In this document: one piece after another, positions 10,001 to 17,460 of the stretch
How the letters are laid out: each line of letters opens with the position of its first letter
Numbering within the stretch: the stretch's first letter is position 1
Assembly: GCA_035697845.1 (NCBI GenBank)
Contig: DASSCI010000015.1
Span: 1 to 60,492 of the forward strand
Reading direction: 5' to 3'
Length of the DNA stretch: 60,492 bases
Source of the DNA: Candidatus Limnocylindria bacterium
Lineage (GTDB): Bacteria; Chloroflexota; Limnocylindria; QHBO01
Made by a program: the position numbers and the translations under genes
Notes under the pieces: generated by a model
Told to the model about the DNA's origin: nothing
Databases searched by the model: none
Seen by the model: only the letters and a program-made list of their open reading frames with translations

Positions 10001-10389
10001 AGCTCGAGGCGCTCCCCATCGCTGACGTACACGGCGACCCGTTCGACGGCGATCTCGGTGCGCAGCGCCTCGACGACGGTCCGGGCAACCCCGGCGCTGG
10101 TCGGAGATGCTGCCAGCCCGGCGGCGATGCGAGCGAAGATGGCCAGCTCGCCGTCGCGCCCCGTGGAGCCCGATCCCGTCGATGGCGGAGCATCGGCGCT
10201 CGCTCGGTCCTCGACCAGCAGCCGCGCAACGTCGTCGCGGCGGAACCGGCGGTCGCCGCGCGCGTTGATGCGGTACGCCGTCAGGCGGCCGCCGTCGGTC
10301 CAGGCGCGGATCGTGTTCGGATGCACACCAAGGAGGGTGGCTGCCTGCGCCACGCTGAGAAGCGCGTCATCGGCCTCGGCTCGGGCCAT
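7033..10389 (-). CDS. Multidomain signalling protein: MerR/excisionase-type HTH + about four GAF domains + GGDEF diguanylate cyclase domain (GGDEL variant) + degenerate HD-type C-terminal domain
   Basis: N-terminus LSVAQAATLLGVHPNTIRAWTDGGRL...RRFRRDDV (HTH_17/MerR-like). Repeated GAF-like blocks follow. The cyclase domain reads DALTGLGNHGAF...MMDLDRFKAYNDRHGHPAGD...RSDDRVYRYGGDELALIL, with an RxxD I-site 5 residues before GGDEL. The C-terminus reads HADRV...LAARLHALDEPG and lacks canonical HD/GYP residues. Confidence 0.8.
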   Translation of the reverse strand: MARAEADDALLSVAQAATLLGVHPNTIRAWTDGGRLTAYRINARGDRRFRRDDVARLLVEDRASADAPPSTGSGSTGRDGELAIFARIAAGLAASPTSAGVARTVVEALRTEIAVERVAVYVSDGERLELEAHAGFGEPPPATREPIVGAQAREGADVALSLTTRRGNAGLLVIDGAAADSFTPPFLRSLLAIVATTIASTRLLGRARRELQRARALRSVTKELTGTLDLNAVLGEVVDLTRSLFEADKAGLWLVTEGDFPFRVAAQHELSEDFLAHVAALRGNEDSIGLRALKERRPHWMRNADTDQGIGMLRETYAAEGIRTVCLVPLVGGNERLGLLGLYHRRDRTWPAEEVALAQAFADQAAVAIQNARLYRSVAAQAARMKSIQDLSARLNRLTDVRAIAEAIVAEARPLAEYHDIRVYQVDAVRGMCEPIAFTREMLADDAVNPEDLLRVAVGEGFTGWVAQHGEPLLINDALDDERGQTIEGTDDVPESMLVVPMLYEGKVLGVIVLSQLGYNRFTNDDLQTMSIFAGYAAQAIANATTYERLVAQSSELARRADSQRRLLDINERLLSTLDEAGVLETIADGLRDVVSYDNLSIYRVDHDLRAMQPVLTRERHADEVSRYIIPFGRGLMGWAVEHSQPILANDALGDPRALQIPGTPEDPEAVVVVPLVADGEVLGALNVSRVGGPEVYFSDSDFELVQLFAAQASIALRNADAHHAISQQAETDALTGLGNHGAFQRDLGTFVERAASASRPADRRLAVLMMDLDRFKAYNDRHGHPAGDALLHRAATAIYGAARSDDRVYRYGGDELALILPGATAAEAARVGQRVRRAVARLTVGDATPVTITVGVAGMPGDADDRAGLIAAADTALYYGKRAGEDRVVRADQLTADVGDLRGTLEELASAALRESDDEHAVEHLVERATLLTAPHHEEQASLRDALLTIARSLDAGVGGRGHADRVGRLAATVAETLALPDDEQRCVELAARLHALDEPGVAELAPVPSLREVSALINDYRRMVADGQRRGRRAARARGPVGAHIVAAANAYDELTSGVRQPRIGRAEALARLARDPATYRADVLAALAEAVEQRADPGRRRRSDDARDTEARGAA

Positions 10390-10554
10390 CGAGACTCCCT
10401 TGTGCGGGTCCGGCAGAGGTCCTGGTCCGAATGGAGCTTCTGTGAGGAACCGTGCACCGGATGCTAGAAACGGCAGGTCGCGGGCGCGATCGGTCGTTCG
10501 TACCGGTCCGCCCCGTACCGCTGCCGCTGCGGGACGGGCGCTCGGAACTGGGGC

Positions 10555-11298
10555 TCAGCCCAGCAGCGCGCTCATGAGTGCACCGATGCCGCCGATGGCG
10601 ACCAGCGCGATCGCGATCGCCAGGCCGACGACGGCGCCGGCCGTGGCGCGCCGATTGCGCCCGCCGAGCAGGCGCATGGCATCGTCGAGCTCGAGGGCCG
10701 ATATGAGGTAGCCGCCGGCGGGCGGCTCGAGCCGCGTCCGGCCGCTGCCATCGCGCTCCGGCCGCGCCAGGACGAGCAGGCGATCGGTGACGTTGATCGT
10801 GCGGGTGATCGCCCGCGCCGCGTCCGGTGGCCCGTGACGCGCGCCGACGCGAGCGGCCGCAGCGGCGTGCGCCTCCTCCAGCTCGTCGACCCGGCCGCGC
10901 CACACGCTCGGGATGACGATGAGCGGCTCCTCGGTGCGGGCGGGGTCGAGCGCGATGGATCCGTCGTGGTCCCACAGGTCGAACGAGCGGGTCTCGCGCA
11001 GCCGCTCGATGCTCCGCCAGCGCCCGCCGGCGTGCACCTCGACGTCGCGGTGGAAGGCGACCAGGCGCTCGCCATCGCCCATTTCGAGCGGATCGCGGCA
11101 GCGGATGCGCCCGGCGACGCGCACGGCTCGATCCGGCAGCTCGCCATCAACGAGGTGCCCGACCTTGAATTCGGGCGGTCCGGCAAGCCGGCGCGCGCGG
11201 CCCGGTTGGGCTTCGGTGCGGCGCAGCACGAGCAACGAGATCGCAGCGACGCCGGAACCGGCCACGACGAGCAGCGCGAACAGCGTCGATGGGGGCAT
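10555..11298 (-). CDS. Membrane protein with N- and C-terminal TM anchors (GIDE-like topology; function unknown)
   Basis: 247 aa. One hydrophobic helix sits at each end (LFALLVVAGSGVAAISLLVL; AVVGLAIAIALVAIGGIGALM) around a soluble core. The GIDE resemblance is by eye only. Confidence 0.55.
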   Translation of the reverse strand: MPPSTLFALLVVAGSGVAAISLLVLRRTEAQPGRARRLAGPPEFKVGHLVDGELPDRAVRVAGRIRCRDPLEMGDGERLVAFHRDVEVHAGGRWRSIERLRETRSFDLWDHDGSIALDPARTEEPLIVIPSVWRGRVDELEEAHAAAAARVGARHGPPDAARAITRTINVTDRLLVLARPERDGSGRTRLEPPAGGYLISALELDDAMRLLGGRNRRATAGAVVGLAIAIALVAIGGIGALMSALLG

Positions 11299-11309
11299 CG
11301 GCTTGGGCG

Positions 11310-11780
11310 TCAGGTTTCCTTGACGTCGGCGATCGTGCCGCCGCTCGCCCGCAGGAGGTCATCCGGAGCGATCGCGAAGACCGCGTCCGGCAGGCCGGCG
11401 GCCGCCCATACCCGGTCGAAGGCGAGCAGGTCCCGGTCGATGACGACGGCGACCTGGCTGGCATGGCCGAATGGCGGCACGCCGCCGATCGCGAAGCCGG
11501 TCGCCGCGCGCGCCTCGTCCCCGTCGGCGCGCCGTGCCTCCGTTGCCCCGGTGGCTGTGGCGAGGCGGCCGAGGTCGACGCGATTGGCGCCCGAGACGAG
11601 CGCGACGACCGGGCGCGCATCGGCCATGAAGACGAGCGACTTGACGATCTGCCCGACCTCGCAGCCCACGGCGCGGGCGGCGTCCGCGGCCGTGCGCGTG
11701 CCCTCGGGGAAGCGCTCGACGCTGATGTCGACGCCCGCGGCGCGGGCAGCGTCGGTCACGCGGGCGACATTGGGGTGCAT
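11310..11780 (-). CDS. YbaK/EbsC/ProX-type aminoacyl-tRNA deacylase
   Basis: 156 aa. Motifs QIVKSLVF..., ...VSGANRVD..., ...GFAIGGVPPFGH... are characteristic of the YbaK trans-editing domain. Confidence 0.8.
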   Translation of the reverse strand: MHPNVARVTDAARAAGVDISVERFPEGTRTAADAARAVGCEVGQIVKSLVFMADARPVVALVSGANRVDLGRLATATGATEARRADGDEARAATGFAIGGVPPFGHASQVAVVIDRDLLAFDRVWAAAGLPDAVFAIAPDDLLRASGGTIADVKET

Positions 11781-11819
11781 CGACCGATTCTAGGGTGGGT
11801 GCTAGGCTGGACGCACAAC

Positions 11820-11925
11820 CCACCAAGCGACAGGGGAGCGCGACCAGCGCTGAGAGTGCGGATGCCGATGCATTCGCAGACCCTCGAACCTGATCCGGGT
11901 CATGCCGGCGAAGGAAGTCGAAACA
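11820..11925 (+). promoter_or_regulatory. TPP (THI-box) riboswitch
   Basis: The conserved aptamer elements are present in the right order: CGAC-aGGGGAGC..GCGCTGAGAG...ACCCtcgAACCTGATCCGGGTCATGCCGGCGAAGGAA-GTCG. The P1 stem is CGAC 11828-11831 paired with GTCG 11917-11920. It lies upstream of thiN-ykoEDC. A GAACGGC-gt-GCCGTTC hairpin at 11965-11980 could be part of the expression platform. Confidence 0.85.
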
Positions 11926-12007
11926 GCTGCTGCCACGGCGCGCCCCTCGATCATCGGAGAAGAGGAACGGCGTGCCGTTCGTCGTCTCCGGCACGAATGG
12001 AGGACCG

Positions 12008-12664
12008 ATGAAGGTGGCGGTGGTCGCGTCCGGCGACCTCGACCCGGCGGATGCGGCCTGGCTTGACGGCGCCGAGCGGGTCATCGCGGCCGACGGCGGC
12101 GCCGCGTCGCTCGAGCGGCTCGGCCGCCAGCCCGATTTGCTCATCGGCGACCTCGACTCGACCGATCCGTCCCTCGTCGATCGCCTGACCCAGGCCGGTG
12201 TGAAGGTCGAGCAGCATCCGGCCGACAAGGAGGCGTCGGACACGGAGCTCGCCCTCCTGGCTGCGATGCAGCTCGGCGCCGACGAGATCGTGCTGCTCGG
12301 TGCGATCGGCGGCGACAGGCTGGACCACGAGCTGGCGAACCTGCTGCTGCTTGCCGATCCCGCCCTTCGCGGGCGGCGCGTGCGCGTCGTGCACGCCGGA
12401 AATACGGTCCGCACCGTTCATCCGGACCAGCCGCTGGCGCTGGATGGACACATCGGCGACCTGGTGACCCTGTTGCCGATCGGTGGCGAGGCCATCGGGG
12501 TGACCACCGCCGGCCTGCGCTGGCCGCTCGATGCGGCGACGCTCCATATGGGGCGCTCCCGCGGGTTGAGCAACGAGATCGTGGCGACGCCCGCATCGGT
12601 ACGGCTGGAGTCGGGACTTCTGCTGGTTGCCGAGCGGACGCGCGAAGAAGGAGTGAGCACATGA
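12008..12664 (+). CDS. thiN: Thiamine diphosphokinase (thiamine pyrophosphokinase)
   Basis: ATG 12008 is preceded by a GGAGGA Shine-Dalgarno (SD) sequence at 11999-12004. Motifs VIAADGG...LLIGDLDS...KDxSDTELAL match TPK. The track start (11972) falls inside the riboswitch expression-platform hairpin. Confidence 0.85.
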   Translation: MKVAVVASGDLDPADAAWLDGAERVIAADGGAASLERLGRQPDLLIGDLDSTDPSLVDRLTQAGVKVEQHPADKEASDTELALLAAMQLGADEIVLLGAIGGDRLDHELANLLLLADPALRGRRVRVVHAGNTVRTVHPDQPLALDGHIGDLVTLLPIGGEAIGVTTAGLRWPLDAATLHMGRSRGLSNEIVATPASVRLESGLLLVAERTREEGVST

Positions 12665-13248
12665 CCACCAGCCCTCGAAACGAGTGGCGCGTCGTCGACA
12701 TCGTGGTTGCGGCCGTCATTGCGGTCGCGTTCGGCGTCGTGTTCCTGGCGTGGAACGCGATCTACGCCGCGACGGAGCCGTTGTTCCTGGCATTGCCGCC
12801 ATCACAGGCGATCATGTACGGCGTCTGGCTCCTGCCCGCCGTGCTCGTCGGCCTCATCGTGCGACGTCCCGGCGCGGCGCTGTTCGGCGGCTTCGTGTCG
12901 GCCGCCGTGTCGGTGCTGCTCGGGTCGCCGTACGGCATCGACGCGCTCATCTCCGGGGCGATCCAGGGCGCCGGCGCAGAGGTCGCGTTCGCCATCGGCC
13001 TGTATCGGTCATGGGGATTGACGTTCGCGGTCCTGGCTGGCGTGCTGTCCGGACTGGCGGCCGCCGTCCACGACATCGTCGTGTACTACCCCGATTTCGG
13101 CCTGAACGCGCAGCTGGTGTACGCCGGCGCGACAGCGGTCAGCGGGGCGCTCATCGCCGGGGTCGGCGCCTGGCTGCTGCTCCGCGCCCTGGTGGCGACC
13201 GGCGTCCTGCACGAGTTCGCGGCGGGGCGGGATCAGGCCGAGGTCTGA
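12661..13248 (+). CDS. ykoE: ECF transporter S component, YkoE-like (thiamine/HMP precursor)
   Basis: ATGA overlap with thiN. 195 aa with about six TM helices. It sits under a TPP riboswitch and is followed by a fused ECF ATPase and a T component, the classic ykoEDC arrangement. Confidence 0.75.
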   Translation: MTTSPRNEWRVVDIVVAAVIAVAFGVVFLAWNAIYAATEPLFLALPPSQAIMYGVWLLPAVLVGLIVRRPGAALFGGFVSAAVSVLLGSPYGIDALISGAIQGAGAEVAFAIGLYRSWGLTFAVLAGVLSGLAAAVHDIVVYYPDFGLNAQLVYAGATAVSGALIAGVGAWLLLRALVATGVLHEFAAGRDQAEV

Positions 13249-13273
13249 GCCGGCGACCACCCACAATGCCGGC

Positions 13274-14740
13274 ATGCGAAGCCCGGCGGCGCCACCCGCG
13301 CGAATCGAGGCACGCGGCTGGGGCCTGCGGCACCCCGGCCGCCGAGAGTGGGCATTGCGGGGCGTCGACCTGGTCGTGGAGCCGGGCGAGCGAGTTCTGC
13401 TGCTGGGCGCGTCGGGAGCCGGCAAGTCGACGCTGCTGACCGCGCTGGCCGGGCTGATCGACCCGGGCGGCGGCGCCGAGACTGAGGGGTCGTTGCTGGT
13501 CGACGGTCGCGACCCCCGCCAGGCGCGAGACCGCACCGGCCTTCTCTTCCAGGATCCCGAGTCGCAGATCGTGATGGGTCGCGCCGGCGACGACGTCGCC
13601 TTCGGGCTCGAGAACCGATGCGTCCCGACCCAAGCGATCTGGCCGCGGGTCGACGCGGCGCTTGCCGCGGTCGACTTCCCGTACGGGCGCGACCGTCCGA
13701 CGCACGCCCTCTCCGGTGGCGAGCAGCAGCGCCTCGCGCTGGCCGGGACGCTCGCACTGCAGCCCGGCCTGCTCATGCTCGACGAGCCGACCGCGAACCT
13801 CGACCCCGAGGGCGCGGCCGAGATCCGGGAGGTGCTGTCCCGCGTCCTCGAGCGCATCGGCGCGACGATGCTGCTCGTCGAGCACCGCGTCGACGAATCG
13901 GTCGCGCTGGTGGACCGTGTCGTGGTGCTCGAGGCGGGCGGTGGCGTGCTCGCCGATGGGCGGCCGGGCGAGGTGTTCCGGGCGCGTGGCGCGCAGCTGG
14001 CCGACGCGGGCGTCTGGGTGCCCGATCAGCCACCGCCCGCGCCACCCCGTCGCACCACCTCCCGCCCCTCGGCACTGGTCATCGCCGAGCACGCGACCTA
14101 CCGCTATCCGGGTACGGACGCCGATGCCGTGGCGCCGACGGACCTCCAGCTGCGCTCGAGCGAGGCACTGGCCATCGTCGGGCCCAACGGCAGCGGCAAG
14201 TCGACGCTGGCGCTGATGCTGGCTGGCCTGCTCCGGCCACGCATTGGGCGCGTGCTCGCGACGGAGGCGCTCGCACCCGGGCACGGCCACGAGCCGATCG
14301 CCGACTGGCGCGCGTCGGAGCTGGTTCGCCACGTCGGCACCGTGTTCCAGGATCCCGAGCACCAGTTCCTGGCGCGCACGGTGCGCGATGAGCTCACGCT
14401 CGGCCCGCGCCGCGCCGGCATCGGGGCCGATGCGGCCGCGCACCGTGCGGACGAGCTGATGGAGCGCCTGCGCCTGACGCACCTGGCGCGGGCGAATCCC
14501 TTCACCCTGTCGGGTGGCGAGAAGCGCCGGTTGTCGGTGGCAACGGCGCTCGCCACGGCGCCCGCGCTCCTCATCCTCGACGAGCCGACCTTCGGCCAGG
14601 ATCGCCGCACGTGGGGGGAGCTGCTGCATCTGCTGGCCGCGCTGCGCGACGACGGTCGGGGCATCGGCTTCGTGACGCATGACCGCGCCTTCGTGAATGC
14701 CCTCGCCGACCGGACGCTGCGGCTCGAGGGCGCGCGCTGA
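13274..14740 (+). CDS. ykoD: ECF transporter duplicated ATPase (A1-A2 fusion), YkoD-like
   Basis: Two complete ABC cassettes: Walker A GASGAGKST and GPNGSGKST, signature LSGGEQQR and LSGGEKRR, Walker B LLMLDEPT and LLILDEPT. Confidence 0.9.
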   Translation: MRSPAAPPARIEARGWGLRHPGRREWALRGVDLVVEPGERVLLLGASGAGKSTLLTALAGLIDPGGGAETEGSLLVDGRDPRQARDRTGLLFQDPESQIVMGRAGDDVAFGLENRCVPTQAIWPRVDAALAAVDFPYGRDRPTHALSGGEQQRLALAGTLALQPGLLMLDEPTANLDPEGAAEIREVLSRVLERIGATMLLVEHRVDESVALVDRVVVLEAGGGVLADGRPGEVFRARGAQLADAGVWVPDQPPPAPPRRTTSRPSALVIAEHATYRYPGTDADAVAPTDLQLRSSEALAIVGPNGSGKSTLALMLAGLLRPRIGRVLATEALAPGHGHEPIADWRASELVRHVGTVFQDPEHQFLARTVRDELTLGPRRAGIGADAAAHRADELMERLRLTHLARANPFTLSGGEKRRLSVATALATAPALLILDEPTFGQDRRTWGELLHLLAALRDDGRGIGFVTHDRAFVNALADRTLRLEGAR

Positions 14741-15543
14741 TGCAGCTGCTCACGCCGCTCGTTCCGGATCCGGGCGCTCCCCTCGCGCGCGCCAACCCGG
14801 TTGCCAAGCTGGTGGCAGCGCTCGCGCTCCTGATCGTGCTGTTCGCCTCGCTGGACGGCGTCACGGCGCTCATCGTGCTTGTTGGGCTGGCGTGCGCTTT
14901 GCCCTTCTCGGGCCTGTCCCCTGCCGGCCTGATCGGGCGCGGGTGGCTGGTCGGACTGGCGGCCGTCTCGATCGGCGTTGCCAACATCCTGTTTGCACCC
15001 GAGCAGATTGGTCCGATCGTCGTCTCGTTGGGGCCGGTCCGGATCGGCGCGGAGACGCTGGTGGACGGCCTCGGGCTGGCCGCGCGGCTGGTGGCCATCG
15101 CCGCGACCGGGGTCCTCGCCACGGCGACCAGCCAGCCCACCGAGATCGCGGACTCGCTCGTCCAGCAGCTGCATGCCTCGCCGCGCTTCGCGATCGGCGC
15201 GCTCGCCGCCCTGCGGCTCGTGCCACTGCTGGCCGAGGAGTGGCAGACCATCGGCATGGCGCGGCGGGCACGGGGCGTCGATGCCGGCCGGTCACCCGTG
15301 GCGGTCGTTCGGCTCTTCGCCGGTCAGCTCATGGCGCTCCTCGTCGGCGCCGTCCGGCGCGGTAGCCGGATGGCGCTGGCAATGGAGGCCCGCGGCTTCG
15401 GCGCTTCCAAGTGCAGGACGGCGGCACGCATCGAGCGGGTGACGCTGCGCGACCTGGCCTGGATCGCGGCGGCCATCTGCCTGGCCGTCGTCGCCGTCGG
15501 CGTCAGCCTCGCGCTCGGCACGTGGCGGCCGCTGCTCTCCTGA
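14740..15543 (+). CDS. ykoC: ECF transporter T component (CbiQ/EcfT family), YkoC-like
   Basis: TGATG overlap with ykoD. It is a polytopic membrane protein with the C-terminal ARG-type coupling motifs (MARRARG, AMEARGF) typical of EcfT. Confidence 0.85.
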   Translation: MQLLTPLVPDPGAPLARANPVAKLVAALALLIVLFASLDGVTALIVLVGLACALPFSGLSPAGLIGRGWLVGLAAVSIGVANILFAPEQIGPIVVSLGPVRIGAETLVDGLGLAARLVAIAATGVLATATSQPTEIADSLVQQLHASPRFAIGALAALRLVPLLAEEWQTIGMARRARGVDAGRSPVAVVRLFAGQLMALLVGAVRRGSRMALAMEARGFGASKCRTAARIERVTLRDLAWIAAAICLAVVAVGVSLALGTWRPLLS

Positions 15544-15600
15544 CGGGCTGGCGGTAAGCGAGCAGTAATTCGCTGATAAGTCGCCGGGGCTATCGTCGGC

Positions 15601-15623
15601 AGTGTTCAAGAGTCTTGAACACT
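15601..15623. repeat. Perfect 23-bp palindrome AGTGTTCAAGA-G-TCTTGAACACT (AT-rich operator-like site)
   Basis: Read directly from the sequence. The arms are 11 nt long and exact reverse complements. It lies between ykoC and the next gene, overlapping that gene's TTG track start. Confidence 0.9.
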
Positions 15624-16655
15624 GTGCGGACGAGGCTGCCCGCCGAGCGGTCGGAGACGCCCGACGAGAACGGCGCGCGTACCATCGCCTGCGTGACCGG
15701 CTCCGAGGATCTCCGCTTTCGCGCCGGCGACGTGATGCTGTCGGCGACGTTGACGCTTCCGCACGCCGATGGCCGCGTGCCGTGGGCACTGTTCGTTCCC
15801 TCCTGGCTGCCGCGCGATCGAGACGGCGGTTGGGACCGCACCGGCCACTCGGACTGGTTCGCACGCGACGCGCGCCCCGAGCAGGGCATCTTCGCGCGCC
15901 TTGCCAGCGCCCTCGCTCACCGCGGCGTGGCGAGTCTGCGCTACGACCCGCGCGGCTGCGGCGACTCGGAAGGCGAGTGGGCGCGGACGGATCTCTTCAC
16001 CCGCATCGACGACGCGCGCGATGCGATCGGCGCAATGCGCTCGCGGCGTGAGCTCGACCTGCGGCGCTGCGCCATCGTTGGCCATGGCGAGGGCGCCGCC
16101 ATCGCCGTCAGCGTCGCCATCGGCGACCCGGCCATCGGCGCGGTCGGGCTCATCGGTCCATCGGCGAGATCGTTGCGTGATGTCCTGCGTCGCGGAGTCG
16201 CCGAGCGCGCGCGGACCGGCGCCGACCGCCGTCATCCATTCGTCGACGCACTGGATCGGTCCTCCGAGGAGCTCATCGAGCGCGCCGAGCGACGCGAGGC
16301 CTCCATGGCGGTGCGCATCGGCGACCAAGCAGTCGAGCTCAACCTGGCGGCCTGGGAGCAGGCGTTCCACACGCCGGTGCTGGCCCTCGCCACCATGCTC
16401 CACCGCAACATCGTGATCGCCCACGGCAGCGACGATGCGTGGGCAGATCCCGAGGAGTCGCAGCTCCTTGCCCAGGTCCTTCGCGACGGCGGCAACCAGC
16501 CGTTGCGGCAGGTGCTCGACGGCGTCGGGCACGATCTCGCCGAAGCCGATGATGGCGCCGTCGATGCCTTCGCCGCCGCGCTCGCCGAACGCATCGAGCG
16601 TCGCGAGCTTCCGCCGGTCCTGGTCGCGATCGAGCAGATGGGCGAGGACGGCTAG
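15615..16655 (+). CDS. Alpha/beta-hydrolase-fold protein with the nucleophile position substituted (GHGEG)
   Basis: The fold order is typical: the nucleophile elbow reads IVGHGEGAAIAV (Gly where Ser is expected), followed by later acid/His regions (HGSDDAW, GVGHDL). The start is uncertain (TTG 15615 or an internal GTG). Confidence 0.65.
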   Translation: MNTVRTRLPAERSETPDENGARTIACVTGSEDLRFRAGDVMLSATLTLPHADGRVPWALFVPSWLPRDRDGGWDRTGHSDWFARDARPEQGIFARLASALAHRGVASLRYDPRGCGDSEGEWARTDLFTRIDDARDAIGAMRSRRELDLRRCAIVGHGEGAAIAVSVAIGDPAIGAVGLIGPSARSLRDVLRRGVAERARTGADRRHPFVDALDRSSEELIERAERREASMAVRIGDQAVELNLAAWEQAFHTPVLALATMLHRNIVIAHGSDDAWADPEESQLLAQVLRDGGNQPLRQVLDGVGHDLAEADDGAVDAFAAALAERIERRELPPVLVAIEQMGEDG

Positions 16656-16664
16656 ACTCGACGC

Positions 16665-17129
16665 ATGACGCGACTCACCGAAGGCGACCGCGCGCCGGAC
16701 TGGGAGATGAGCACCGACGACGGCAGCGTCGTTTCGAGCGCGTCGCTCTCCGGGCGCCGCTACATCCTGTACTTCTATCCCAAGGACGATACGCCCGGCT
16801 GCACGACGCAGGCATGTGGCATCCGAGACAGCTGGAGCCGGGTGACCGGCACCGGCATCGACCTATTCGGCGTCTCCCCCGACAGCGTGAAGAGCCACGC
16901 GAAGTTCCGCGCCAAATACGCCCTGCCGTATCCGCTGCTGGCCGATGAGGGCCATCGCGTGGCGGAGGCGTTCGGTGTGTGGATCGAGAAGAAGTTCGCC
17001 GGGCGCACGTACTTCGGCAACGAACGCACGACGTTCGTCATCGGCCCTGACGGCACGATCGAGCACGTGCTGCCGCAGGTGAAGCCCGCCGAGCACGTCG
17101 ACCAGCTCATGGGCGTCCTGGCCGCATGA
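16665..17129 (+). CDS. bcp: Thioredoxin-dependent peroxiredoxin Bcp
   Basis: YFYPKDDTPGCTTQAC contains the peroxidatic/resolving Cys motif of Bcp/PrxQ. 154 aa. Confidence 0.9.
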   Translation: MTRLTEGDRAPDWEMSTDDGSVVSSASLSGRRYILYFYPKDDTPGCTTQACGIRDSWSRVTGTGIDLFGVSPDSVKSHAKFRAKYALPYPLLADEGHRVAEAFGVWIEKKFAGRTYFGNERTTFVIGPDGTIEHVLPQVKPAEHVDQLMGVLAA

Positions 17130-17236
17130 GCGACCGGGGCGTCGTCCTCGCGGGCAGCATCATCGTGTTCGCAGTGATGCTGCTGGTCGTCCTCGGCGTG
17201 ATGGCCATGGCCGCACTGCTGAACCCGATCCGATGA
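17126..17236 (+). CDS. Small hydrophobic protein (36 aa), not in the ORF track
   Basis: Its ATG overlaps the bcp stop (ATGA). The product is MSDRGVVLAGSIIVFAVMLLVVLGVMAMAALLNPIR, a single TM helix. Third codon positions are GC-rich like the neighbouring genes. Confidence 0.5.
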   Translation: MSDRGVVLAGSIIVFAVMLLVVLGVMAMAALLNPIR

Positions 17237-17382
17237 TCTGGCTCCTGACCGCCGCGACGCTCGTCCTCTGGCTGGCGGGTGTGCTGCTTCGCCTGGGCCA
17301 GTGGGTCAACCTCTTCCTGCTCGCCGCCGCCGTTCTCCTCGTGTACCAGGTCATCGAGCAGCGTCGCCCACAGGGCGACTGA
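17233..17382 (+). CDS. Small two-TM membrane protein (49 aa), diverged lmo0937-like, not in the ORF track
   Basis: ATGA overlap with the previous small ORF. The product is MIWLLTAATLVLWLAGVLLRLGQWVNLFLLAAAVLLVYQVIEQRRPQGD, which has the same helix-loop-helix layout as the next small ORF. Confidence 0.55.
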   Translation: MIWLLTAATLVLWLAGVLLRLGQWVNLFLLAAAVLLVYQVIEQRRPQGD

Positions 17383-17460
17383 TCGGTCGCTCGGTCGGCT
17401 GGCACGCAATCTGCCATACCTGCGAGGACGGAGGGGAACGAATCGATTGAGGAGAACCCG

